From positions 496,001-560,000 of the forward strand of contig AP026146.1 of assembly GCA_030295235.1 (NCBI GenBank): a stretch of 64,000 nucleotides of DNA, written 5' to 3'. A model generated the notes under the pieces. The model ran no database searches. It was not told where the DNA came from and saw only the letters and a list, made by a program, of their open reading frames with translations. This document shows, piece after piece, positions 12,802 to 23,141 of this stretch; within the stretch, counting starts at the first letter, position 1, and every line of letters starts with the position of its first letter. The translations under genes and the position numbers were made by a program. The DNA comes from Fistulifera solaris (taxonomy: Eukaryota).

Positions 12802-15800
12802 ATGCAGACGGTCACGAGAAGTCTTTCGCAGCGTTCCTTGACGGGCATGGACAGCCCTTCCGAAGGAACGCAGCGACCGCCCATACCGATGTCTGCGTCC
12901 TTTGGGTCCATTGATATTCCCTTTTAAATAGATCTTCTCACGGTAAAAAGGAGTCGTTAGCCGATACTGTCAAAACCTTGTCGGAAGAAAATCAGAGACT
13001 GACGGAAACAGCTGCGAAACTGGAAGATGAGTATCTGTCCCAAATCGACAATTCCACACAAAGTTTTCGCGAGCAAAAAAATTTACTGAATGAACAGCTC
13101 GATATCAAAGAGAAACAAATCGTAGAACTTCAAGAAAGATGCAATAGTATGGAAGCGTTATTGCGGGAGAGAGATGCTGGATTTCAGGAATTAAAAACAG
13201 AAGCTGAGTCGTACCGACGCACATTAATGGAACTTGAGCAGAAAAGTAGGCATCTTGACACTGGTCTCAGAGAAGAAAAGAAGGAAAGCGGCGGGAGTAA
13301 CGATCAGATTCAAGAAGAAAAGGAAGAGCTTCTTGCCTTGCGCGAGCAGTGCCATCATTATTCTGCGCAACTGACAGAACTGAACAGTCAACTGGCCGTA
13401 CTCCAGGCGGACGCTGAAAGCAAGGATCAGTCAAAAACGTTGAGGTTAGAGATTTGCGCGTCATGAACGAATCTCAACAAGAAGAGATCGATTCGCTTCG
13501 ACAGCATCTGGAGCAGCTGCAGAACAATCTTTCGTCGCAAAAGGAAAAATATGAAAATTCACTTAAATCACTGAAAGAAGATCTTGAAACTACTAAGGTC
13601 GAATCGTCCAAGCAAGTGACTGAGCTTTCGAAAGACGTTGAACGACTGGAGAAGGAAAATCAGGCGCTGAAAAAGCCGAAGTCGGCATTTGAAGAAGACG
13701 ACAATGAGGACTTGATGGCCAGAGTAGAAAGCTTAGAAAGAGAGAGACGTATGGTGGATGACGACTACCAGCGAAGAATTTCCAAACTGCAACACAGTCA
13801 CAAGCTAGCATTACAGGAGTTACAAGAAGAGCTCGATGCGAGAGAAAATGAATTGCGAAAGTTAAGGAGAGAACGTAGCACTGCCGAAGTGACGGAGGAC
13901 TCCCGCATCAGTGAGATGAAAGCGGAGATACAGAAATTAAAAATCGATTTGCTACAGGCATCACGTGTACGTGATGAAGAAGAAGAATTCTTATCGGACC
14001 GCAAATCCATGGAAAAGAGATTTCGGCGTTAAGAGTAAAACTGGAGGAGCGTGACGCGACAATCGCCTCTTTCACCAGCACTTCAAACACTCTGAATGAA
14101 CAAGTCGTGTCTCAGAAAAACGAGCTTTGCTCGCTTCGTTCAGTAAATTCTGCAGTAGAAGTAGCTAGACTAAAAAGAGAGCTTGAGGCTAAAGCAAAAG
14201 TCGAAGAAACACTGATGGGTCAGTTTCAACAATTGCGAAAACAAGCTCATTCAACGCATGAAGAGCTTGCCCATCTTCATACCATGCTTGAGCAAATCAC
14301 CGCCGAAAAGAATAGACTCGAACGGAGTTTGGACGAAGCTTGCGTCAGCCCCGATAAAGTTGCCGCGGAGCACACGCGTAGACAGTTGCAGGAGAGAGAT
14401 GATGCTATTGCAAACCTTGTTAAACAGTCAATCGCACTCGAAAAGACAATCCGTGAGTTGCAAGACGAACTGTCTTTTACGAAGAAACAACAGGCCTTGA
14501 TGCAGGAAAATGGACCGAGTTCGGTATCATCACAAGAAGTCAGTCAATTGAGGCGTGAGGCGGAAGTTTTTGCTGGCCAGGTCATCGAACTTGACGAAGA
14601 AATTGACTCCTTGAGGAAGTCTCTTGAAAGCAAAGATGGAGAAATTGCAGACCTAAAGAGAGTTATTCATAAGCTTGAGTCCAGTTCGGGTAGGCGAAGT
14701 GCTGCTTTGTCTTCGAGGGACGCCATGGACCTAAAGGCTGAATTGGACGAGTTAAAAGAAGCCAACGAAGTTCAACTAGAGGAGATTCGTCTTCTCCGTC
14801 GGAGAGCACGAGAATTGGAGGCTCAAGCTGACCAAGTTTCAAGAGCACAGCATGAAGCTTCGACAATTCGGTTCGAGGCCGAGCAACTCAAGGACTCTGT
14901 TGCGACTTTATCAAAAGAGAAAGACGATGTCTTAAACGAGCTGAACACCTTGAAGAAAAGGTATGAGCAGGATATTGCTACCATGAAAAGAGAACTCCAT
15001 GCAGCAAAGACTCAGCAGAGTAGGTCGATCGTAGAGCTTGAGGATGAATTAATGATAAGAGACAACGCTCTTGCTCAGCAAAAGACCGGAAATATTGACG
15101 AGATGGAGCTGCAAGGGCTGCACGATGAACTAAGTACACTTCGTCAAAATTTTGCAAGCCAGTCGGCTTCTCTGGAATCCGCAAACTCAACAATCAAGGA
15201 ACTCGAAAGTATGATTGCCAACAAAAGTTCTGTGGACACTGTGCGTTACGAAGAAGAGAAGGAGGAACTGCTTGCCGAGATAGAATCTCTCCATGAGCAG
15301 CTTGAAAGCGCTCAGCTCGAGCTCAAGAGAGTGGAAGAGCAAAGGTTCATCATTGATGACTTCAAAGCTAAGCTTGAGAGCGCAGACGAGGCCCGAGAAG
15401 CATCCGAAAAATCTATTGTTGACACCTATGAAAGGAAACTGTCTCTTTTGAAGCTCGACAAAGATCTTATTATTGACAAGTTGCGCAGCGAGCTAATGGT
15501 TGAAAAGGAAGGAAACACAGAGGAGTTGAATGAATTCGAGGATAGAATAAAGGAGTATGAGAATGAAATTAGCGAATTAAAAGAGGAACTCAAGACACAA
15601 GTTGAAGAGAGAGAATCAAGAATATTTTCATTAGAAAGTACTTTAGAGGCCCAGGAACAACTTTTGAAGAACATGCGCATCGAGATGGATCATCTCCAGT
15701 CCAGTATGGATATTACCGCAGAAACTCGAAGGAAACAAGCCGACGACATGCAGCAAGATCTGCTGGAAGTGACATCAAAAAATGCCAAACTGGAACGTGA

Positions 15801-16320
15801 GATAGATTCGTTGAAGGCGCAAAGTGAAGCCGATAGATTGAAGTATGAGAGTGAAGTCACGTCATTGCAAGACAAAATTGCTTCCTTGGAATCGGCATCT
15901 TTTGAAAGTCATCAAGATGATACGGATGCGAAAATGGAAGCTCGCCTTCAAGCTGTTAAGGAACGTCTCGAGAAACTGTCGTGGCGCAATACTTCTCTGA
16001 AAGAAGAAAACATGGAGCTTCGCGAAAAACTCCTAAAAGCAGAAGAGGTTGCGAACCAGTGCGCAGTACAGGATCAAGAAGAAATTTCAGCGCTGAAAGC
16101 CAGGATCGAAGAACAGACTTTGAGAATTCAAGAGCTCGAGACAATCAGCACCAAATCAAGGACACCTTCAAGACCAAGAGCAATCTTTTCACCTCCTCCA
16201 GCGCCTCCTCAATCAACTAACCGATCAGTAGAAAGACGACCGTCAAATCGATTAGGGGGGATTTTAAGTCTTGGTAAACGCTCTTCCTCTGTCCCACGAG
16301 GAACGACCGGCGAGATTTAG
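12802..16320 (+). CDS. Long coiled-coil protein of about 1150 aa, split by frameshifts
   Basis: Consecutive E/K/Q/L-rich heptad ORFs (12978-13466, 13454-14032, 14107-16320) with a Pro/Ser-rich tail. Probable ATG at 12802. Confidence 0.75.
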
Positions 16321-16391
16321 CATCAATACAGGTTTATGCGAACGCTTTATAAATCTTTGTAATGGTTTTGAATTTTTGAGGTCGTCAGGAG

Positions 16392-17679
16392 TTAGGGCGA
16401 ATCTTGCAACATCGTAACCATGCGTTTTTTCCCCTGGAAGTTAAATCTTAGAACCGCACATCTTGCTAGAGCATCAATACCAAGGATTCCTCCCACTCCC
16501 TGATTCTCCAGATTCTTTAGCAAGGGAATATCGCCAACATCCATGGACAAACGCTTGCTACCAGCTCCCAACAAAATTCCTGGATAGGAGCCGGGTTTGC
16601 CGATGTCAATCTTGCTGCTGATATTAATTCTATGGGAAAGTTGAATTGCTGTATTGTCAGATCCCATGGCGCCCATTCGTGTCGATAGTGCGTGGACAAA
16701 GTTCGAGTTTTTCGACAGCCCCAGATCAGCGATGCCCTTCCAAGACAAGAGCGAGGCCGATGCCCCGGTATCGAATATCATTTCTACAGGGCCTTTGCCT
16801 CCAAGGTAAACATGAACTGAGTAAATACCTAATCGGGGAATGAGTTTGATTTCACCCTCTGCCACAATTTGTAAATTGTCTAGAGTCGGCGTCGGCTTTT
16901 CGTGAAAGAACGTCACTTTTCCCTTCGAAAAGTCCATTTCCACACACCTCAAATCGACTCAAAAACGAAAGGCCTAGAATTCCATCGAGTTCTTTTGGTA
17001 ATGCTCCGATGTTTTGCACTGCCGCAGGAAGGGGACCGAACGACTGGTCTCCAACTTTGAATTTGTCCAATTGGGTGAGACCGGTCGATCCCGCTTGTCC
17101 ACCGGCTCCGGTCATGGTGACGGGTGTCGTGAAGGAAGGTAGATTGAATTTGGAGACAATCTCCGGTCGCAAGACCAATCCTGTGCATGCCGTATCGAGC
17201 AACAGGTTTAACTGGAAATCGCCCTGCTTCCCTTCCACCGTCAGTTGGATGGTGGCAAAGGGTTGGTTGCCGGCTTCCGCTATTATTCCTCCATCTACGA
17301 AGTTTTGTGCCGCAATTTTGATATTGTCATCCATGTAAGTAAAAAGGAGTGGAATTTGAATGGGATTACTACCGGATGACGACTCAGACGGGCGGGTGGT
17401 CGGTGTTGTGTCATCCGTTGTGGTTATTTGTGAAGCCCTCGCTTGGAAGAGACGTTGTACTAGTTGTTCCTTCTCAAAGACATCATCGGTAGATTGCTTC
17501 AGCTGAGAAAGTTCTGCTTTCAACTCGCGGACTGACATGGAACGAAGTTTTGTAATATCGTTTTCCTGTTCTATTGGAGACGAGAAAAGGAGAGTTTTCT
17601 CTCGGAACCTTCGCCGGCCAGAGCTGATTAATCCGAGCGTAAACGCTGGAAGAAAGAGAATCAAAAGCCATTTTCGCAT
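16392..17679 (-). CDS. Signal-peptide protein with two retropepsin-like aspartyl protease lobes
   Basis: LLLDTACTG...DGILGLSFL, then MIFDTGAS...GGILGIDAL. N-terminal SAP/LEM-like helix pair MSVRELKAEL...EKEQLVQRL. Frameshift near 16950. Confidence 0.8.
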
Positions 17680-17789
17680 GGTCTTTCTTTCACTTCATAA
17701 ACACAGATAAAACTTATGGAGAAACAATCCAAAACAATTCGTACTTGAAACGTACAAAAGGAAAAATGCAAAGCTTCGGATGTCTGGAC

Positions 17790-18055
17790 GGTGCGGAAAA
17801 TTGTGTACTTTCGCTACGTAGATGGGCACCCGTAGGTTGTGCAAGTACACAGAAAATCTGGGAGTGTGGTGTATTTACGTCCCCCAAAAAGCTTGGGCTT
17901 GTGTGGTGTTTTTCATGTACCCAGAAAATCTGGTTCACGTGCGTGATATTACTAACGATAAACGGGTGTGACGTGTGATATACTTTGTAGAAAATCTGGG
18001 CGTGTGGCGGTGCCTTCACGTGCACGGAAATTCAGGCAGTGTGGGTGTGGTGTCT
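17790..18055. repeat. Degenerate tandem repeat related to the 37.8-kb minisatellite
   Basis: Recurring AGAAAATCTGG / GTGTGG / TTCACGT-like blocks at about 17851, 17922, 17989 and 18016. Confidence 0.55.
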
Positions 18056-18867
18056 TATTCATTCGCGAAAATGACGAAAACACTTTGAAACAAAGCGGCA
18101 ACAACCAATTAGCGTATAGAAGGTAGATGGGTCTAGAGTACGACGAATTGCCGTCGAGGTGATGTAGTACGCGGTGACGACATTCGATAGCCGTGGCCGA
18201 ACGTTATCAATGATTTTATTCGGCAATGACAGCTCGAAATAATAGTTGTGTCGGGTTCGCGTGGATGGAAAAGGCATTTCAATTAGAGCGTCTGCAGAAC
18301 TACAAGCCCCTAAATTGATATATTTAAGTAGATCAGGTGGATGCAAAATTGAAACTTGGGAACAATCTGAAAGGGAGTTTAATCTCCTCAAAGGAAAGCC
18401 GAACCACCGAAAGGCTTGTTCCGCGGTTCCGGCTTTACAGTAGGCGGACGATTCCTCAACTGCGACGAACAAATCTGTATTTTCTTTTATCTGGTAACAA
18501 CCAGAAGAGCAAAATGCACGAATATTGTTTCGGCAAAACGACTACGGGTTTTTGTGCGCTTGCAGGGCAAGGAGAAAATTGAGAGAATACTTGTCCATCG
18601 GTACAGGGAAAGAGCAAGATTCAAGCGTGACCATCAACATCAAGCGGTAACAGGAGCTGGTACACTATATCAGCGGCCAATCAGAGTTCGCTTAGCGAAA
18701 GGTAAAGGTTCAAATTTACAGCGACCAATGAAAGTGATTGAGTTGAGAACACCACGGAGAAGATATCAATTTTCGACTGAAAAGTTGTCACAAAATTCAC
18801 AGTTGACCAGGAATGATCAGAGCACGAAGTAGGATCCATACCAGGTAGTATATTTCCAATTTTCACC

Positions 18868-19926
18868 ATGAGCTCCACCGATGCGATCGACGAATTGACT
18901 GCGTCATTGAAGAAACAAACTTTGGAAGATACCGTAGAGAAGTCGTCTCACCTACCGCCTCCCGGAAAACGATTCACAGAAGAACTTGACAAGACGGGCT
19001 TCACGATTTTCAGGCCTATATCTGACCTGGGCTTTTTCGAATGGAAGCCTGATCTCAAAGTTCATAGTCCGTTCAACAAGGTTTCGGTCGATGAACTTAA
19101 GCGGCAGCTCGACGTTAAGGGTGCACCCGCGCTTCTTGTGGAAACTCGATCCATCCGATTTCCGGTTGCACTCTCTTACCTTTCACCGCAAATCTATAAG
19201 AAGCAGTATCCTTTGTCGAACTACGAGATTGTGGGTGTCTACGTTGCCACGAAGATTCGAGGTCTCCAGTTAGATGAAATTGATTTTGTGTTTGGTGGCT
19301 CGACCTTATCGATGTTGGCAAATGAAAATGAAAATGGGAAAAAGTATCTTGTTACAAAGATCCCAGGTACTTCAGTAGGTCTTATTGCCAAGGATGATGA
19401 ATATGATTTAAATCTGGCCGACTCTGGCTTTCAGTTCGAGCGCGTTGTTACCGGAAAGCGGATTGATGCACGCGAAGAACCAACATTTACTGAACACCTG
19501 CAGTTGATGCAAGTTGGACCGTTTAAAGTTCTCTTTATTGCGGAGGCAGATGCCTTGAAAGATGGTGAGCCAGTCGAAGTAGCCTGCTCAAGTCCCTACT
19601 ATTGGGGCATCAAGAAGTGTTTGCAGTGCGTCAGCAGTGGTAGCCCAGTTTTGTGTCATGGAACCAAATATCGTGGATCTACAATTACTTCCATTACGAT
19701 GAAAGCTCTTTCTGCGATGTATGAAAGCAACTCGGTGCAGTTGCGGAAAGCACAGAAACACATTATCAATGCTCTTGTGGATTTGAAGGAGCAACTTGAA
19801 AACTCAACTCACTCGGGAGATTCTGAAATTTCGTTCTCGTATACGGGCAAAATCAATTTACGTGACCAACGGGGACCATCCAAGCTCTTGCCTTCCTTTG
19901 ATCTTGTCAAAGAACTGCTTGCGTAG
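18868..19926 (+). CDS. Divergent DXO/Rai1-like (PD-(D/E)XK fold) protein, copy 1
   Basis: Ordered motifs GFQFE, LFIAEAD, PVEV and KKCLQC..SG....HG parallel the DXO motifs GYKFE, EVD, ELK and K..Q. Clear paralog at 53919. The CDS is secure; the family call is an inference. Confidence 0.65.
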   Translation: MSSTDAIDELTASLKKQTLEDTVEKSSHLPPPGKRFTEELDKTGFTIFRPISDLGFFEWKPDLKVHSPFNKVSVDELKRQLDVKGAPALLVETRSIRFPVALSYLSPQIYKKQYPLSNYEIVGVYVATKIRGLQLDEIDFVFGGSTLSMLANENENGKKYLVTKIPGTSVGLIAKDDEYDLNLADSGFQFERVVTGKRIDAREEPTFTEHLQLMQVGPFKVLFIAEADALKDGEPVEVACSSPYYWGIKKCLQCVSSGSPVLCHGTKYRGSTITSITMKALSAMYESNSVQLRKAQKHIINALVDLKEQLENSTHSGDSEISFSYTGKINLRDQRGPSKLLPSFDLVKELLA

Positions 19927-20539
19927 ACGTGTGCTGAGCTGCTTTCTTCACCAGCAGAAGAGATCCTTACTCTCTAGGAAGACATCCGAGATAATCGAGT
20001 GAAAGAGATTCTCCATAAAAATATATACATTACTTCTTAAAGTACGTAATTTTGAACACTAATATATTCTTATTTTGAATTGAGTGAGTTTTATCGTTGC
20101 TAGGAAATTGAAGTTTTTTTCGGATCGTTGCACGTGAAAAATCTGTTTGAATTTAGATTCACGCGTTTCCTTCAAATTTACTATAGTCCAGAGTGTTGTC
20201 TGTTTTCGCCAAGACTGGATTTTCAGTCATGAACACTTTTGCAAATGAATATGTAATTCCAAAACTACGCGATAGCAAGTCTTTCTCAAGTGATTTTTCG
20301 CATATCAAGCAGCTGCCAAGAATTATTGTAATCCTGAATATACGATTCATTGCTTTATAACTAAATTTTCAAACAAACGTTTGAGCACTATAATACTAAA
20401 GTGTAGAAGAACTGTTGGTGTGACTGGACAGTCATGAGTCAACGAAAATCATTCGTCCATATTTGGCTCTGCCACAAGGATAAACATAATTTTAGACCTG
20501 GTAAGGTTTCGTTGCGCCTTTGTCTATAAACGATCTCCC

Positions 20540-21672
20540 ATGACTTCTTCAGAAAGAGCGGGAAACACGGGCGGCATACGACACCGCAAGGACGGAGCTT
20601 CGACGAAGCAAGCGCAAATGCTCCGTCAAATGAACGAGCATCGTCGCGTGGAAGCACAGCAACGTAAAATTGTCAATGACTGCCAAAATAGTGCACTCGT
20701 GGGTTTGGCCATCCGATATACTCAATTTCTACTGCTTCTGATGCTGGTGGGTATCGGCTTGATTCTTTACATTTCGCCTTCCTACTTTCTTCGCTTCTAC
20801 GACGCCCGAACGAAATTGCCTTTGCGAAACTTGATTCTCTTATTCCCCCGCGATATGAAAGTGAAAGCCAATACGCCCCGATTATTTCGTAATTATGCGT
20901 TAAAGACAGAAAGCAATACGGCGGTGGTGGATGCGTTGCAGCATGTTTCCAAAATCCGTGAGATAGCCACCGATAGCGGCATCTACCGTCAACCAGTGAA
21001 TCTGCATGCGTGGGAATTTGACGATTTCTTTTCGCAGCTACCCACATCCGAAAGTCAAGACAATGTCTGCGGCGCCGGTTTCGCTTCGGCTTATCGCAAT
21101 TTTGCGCACTTGGAACGAGCACAAACCGATATGATCTTGTTTTGTTTGTTAGCTTTGGGGACACATGACGGGATCTTACACTGGAATACAACCGTCGAAT
21201 ATAGTCTCACACGGGGTCTCAAAGGGTTAGCGGCACATTCAGAGGGTCGCGTTCATTCTTCCTTCCTTTTGTTGCCCATTCTGTCACAAGATCAGCTGGA
21301 CCGCCAACAGAAACGTCGACCGAATGATCCATCGGTGCCTCCGAGCACGCGACTTCCTGTTTTGACAATTTACTGGCTTAGTGAATTAGGAAATTCACTC
21401 GAGCGTATTCCTCAAGATGAGAATGCCTATCAAAATGCGCTAGGAACATTCCTATATCACATTATCCAAGCGGAGCAAAGGAATCGGGATCTTGGGTCCT
21501 CTTGGATGCGGCCTGTACAGCGCCTCTGCGAGAAGTCCAAGATGCACAGTTTCGCCGTGTGGCGACCGATTGTCCGGGAATCCAAAACTGCTGTTCTTAC
21601 TATGACACGTCGCTGCAGCCTTTCTCGATTCCTCGACATCGATCGGACGAAGAATCAATCTCGTCGTCGTAA
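20540..21672 (+). CDS. Uncharacterised single-pass (type II) membrane protein
   Basis: Long ORF with one TM helix (FLLLLMLVGIGLILYI). Restoring one A near 21478 gives a Cys-rich end ...RRVATDCPGIQNCCSYYD...SSS* at 21672. Confidence 0.6.
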
Positions 21673-22138
21673 AAAACTACGGACTCCAATTGTTTACAAG
21701 TCTTTCTTAAGTGTTTCTTGGTTTAACACATGGAAACCTGGTCGACGATTTGCTAGTATATTTCGGAGAAATTCAATAATAATTCCGTGTACTTTTTTGG
21801 TTTCCAGTTAGCGGTTCGTCGCTAGAGACTATAGCTACTCCAGTTTTGCATGCAATCTGGCTTTAAAAGGAATTCTTCAAGCAGCTTAAGAAAGAATTGG
21901 TGTGTGTTAAAGCGGCGACATTATAGAAAAATATCCGTTTCACGACTTATCAGTCACGAAATTACCACAATATTTGCGGCCGATTGATGAGACCGCGATG
22001 ATCGATGATGACAGCTGTTTTCTGGCTCGGAAAAGCGAATTGATGTGTCATAAACATTTCATTCTAATTCATATGTTTCTCACACAAGAAATCTACATGC
22101 AACTGAATAGATAACGTAATATTAATTATCTTGTTACA

Positions 22139-23104
22139 ATGGTCTGCTGCAACAATTCACATTTTGTGATGGCGGCTGTTGTGATGTTATACGTATCTAC
22201 TGCCGATGCCTTCCTCGCTCTTTCGCCTTGGATCCAGACTCACAATCCAGCGAACGTGCTTATCAATAATGGACTTCACCTTTCGACTCCGTCCGATGAT
22301 GAAGCACTGGATACGAAACTGATGCAGATTGCGCAAAGTCTCAAATTAGAGATTTTTGATCTGGACGAAGGGCTCTTCGGATTCGATTCCCGGGACAATC
22401 GTTACGGATTGGAAGTCGTCAAGACGAAAGTATCCACTAATGGCGGCTTGGGACTTGTACTTACTGAAATGGCGGGGAATGTTGACGGCCGTGGGCTGGT
22501 CTTGATCAGTGAGGTCACTGGTAACGCTTCTAAAGCGTCGCCACCAATCCAAGTTGGTGATGTGTTGATTGGTGTCATCGCCCCTAGCACAAACTTTCGC
22601 GAGAGAACAACAGGTCTAAACTATGATCGCACGATCAAAGCAATAGGGCGAGCCAAGGAAGCTGCGAAGGATGAGATTTTGATGTTGGAGTTAAACCGAT
22701 TAGTGAAACGAGCTGAAATCGTGGTGGAGGTTGAAGACAGTGAAGGCAACATTCGAGAAATTTCAACGCTTGCTGGAGAGAATCTGAGGAGGCTCCTTTT
22801 ACGGAAAGGGATAAAACTATACGACACCAATACGAGACGTTTTGACATGCCTTTTGCGAAGGGTGACTGTGCCGGTGAGGGCTTGTGCGGAACTTGTTTA
22901 GTTGAGGTTCAGGAAGGAGAAGATCTACTTAGCCCCAAGGACACCCTTGAAGAATTGATTACAAAAGGGCGCCCCCTTAAATGGCGAGCTACGTGCCGAA
23001 CTATTGTTGGACCAGACAACAAACCGGGCCGTATACGATTGAGATCGAAACCTCAGACGCGATTCGCCGACGAGATCAACCCTGGGGTAAAGAGTGTCAA
23101 TTAG
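22139..23104 (+). CDS. Plastid-targeted PDZ + 2Fe-2S ferredoxin domain protein
   Basis: ADA-F signal cleavage site; PDZ (GLGLVL...GNA...IQVGDVLIGV); ferredoxin CAGEGLCGTC...WRATC. Confidence 0.85.
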   Translation: MVCCNNSHFVMAAVVMLYVSTADAFLALSPWIQTHNPANVLINNGLHLSTPSDDEALDTKLMQIAQSLKLEIFDLDEGLFGFDSRDNRYGLEVVKTKVSTNGGLGLVLTEMAGNVDGRGLVLISEVTGNASKASPPIQVGDVLIGVIAPSTNFRERTTGLNYDRTIKAIGRAKEAAKDEILMLELNRLVKRAEIVVEVEDSEGNIREISTLAGENLRRLLLRKGIKLYDTNTRRFDMPFAKGDCAGEGLCGTCLVEVQEGEDLLSPKDTLEELITKGRPLKWRATCRTIVGPDNKPGRIRLRSKPQTRFADEINPGVKSVN

Positions 23105-23141
23105 ATGAACTAACTTTCATTTAACTTTAAGAAGACTGCGT

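Noticed and set aside
16392..17679. LTR retrotransposon protease remnant
   Set aside because: No gag, RT, integrase or LTRs nearby, and the gene has a signal peptide and two intact lobes.
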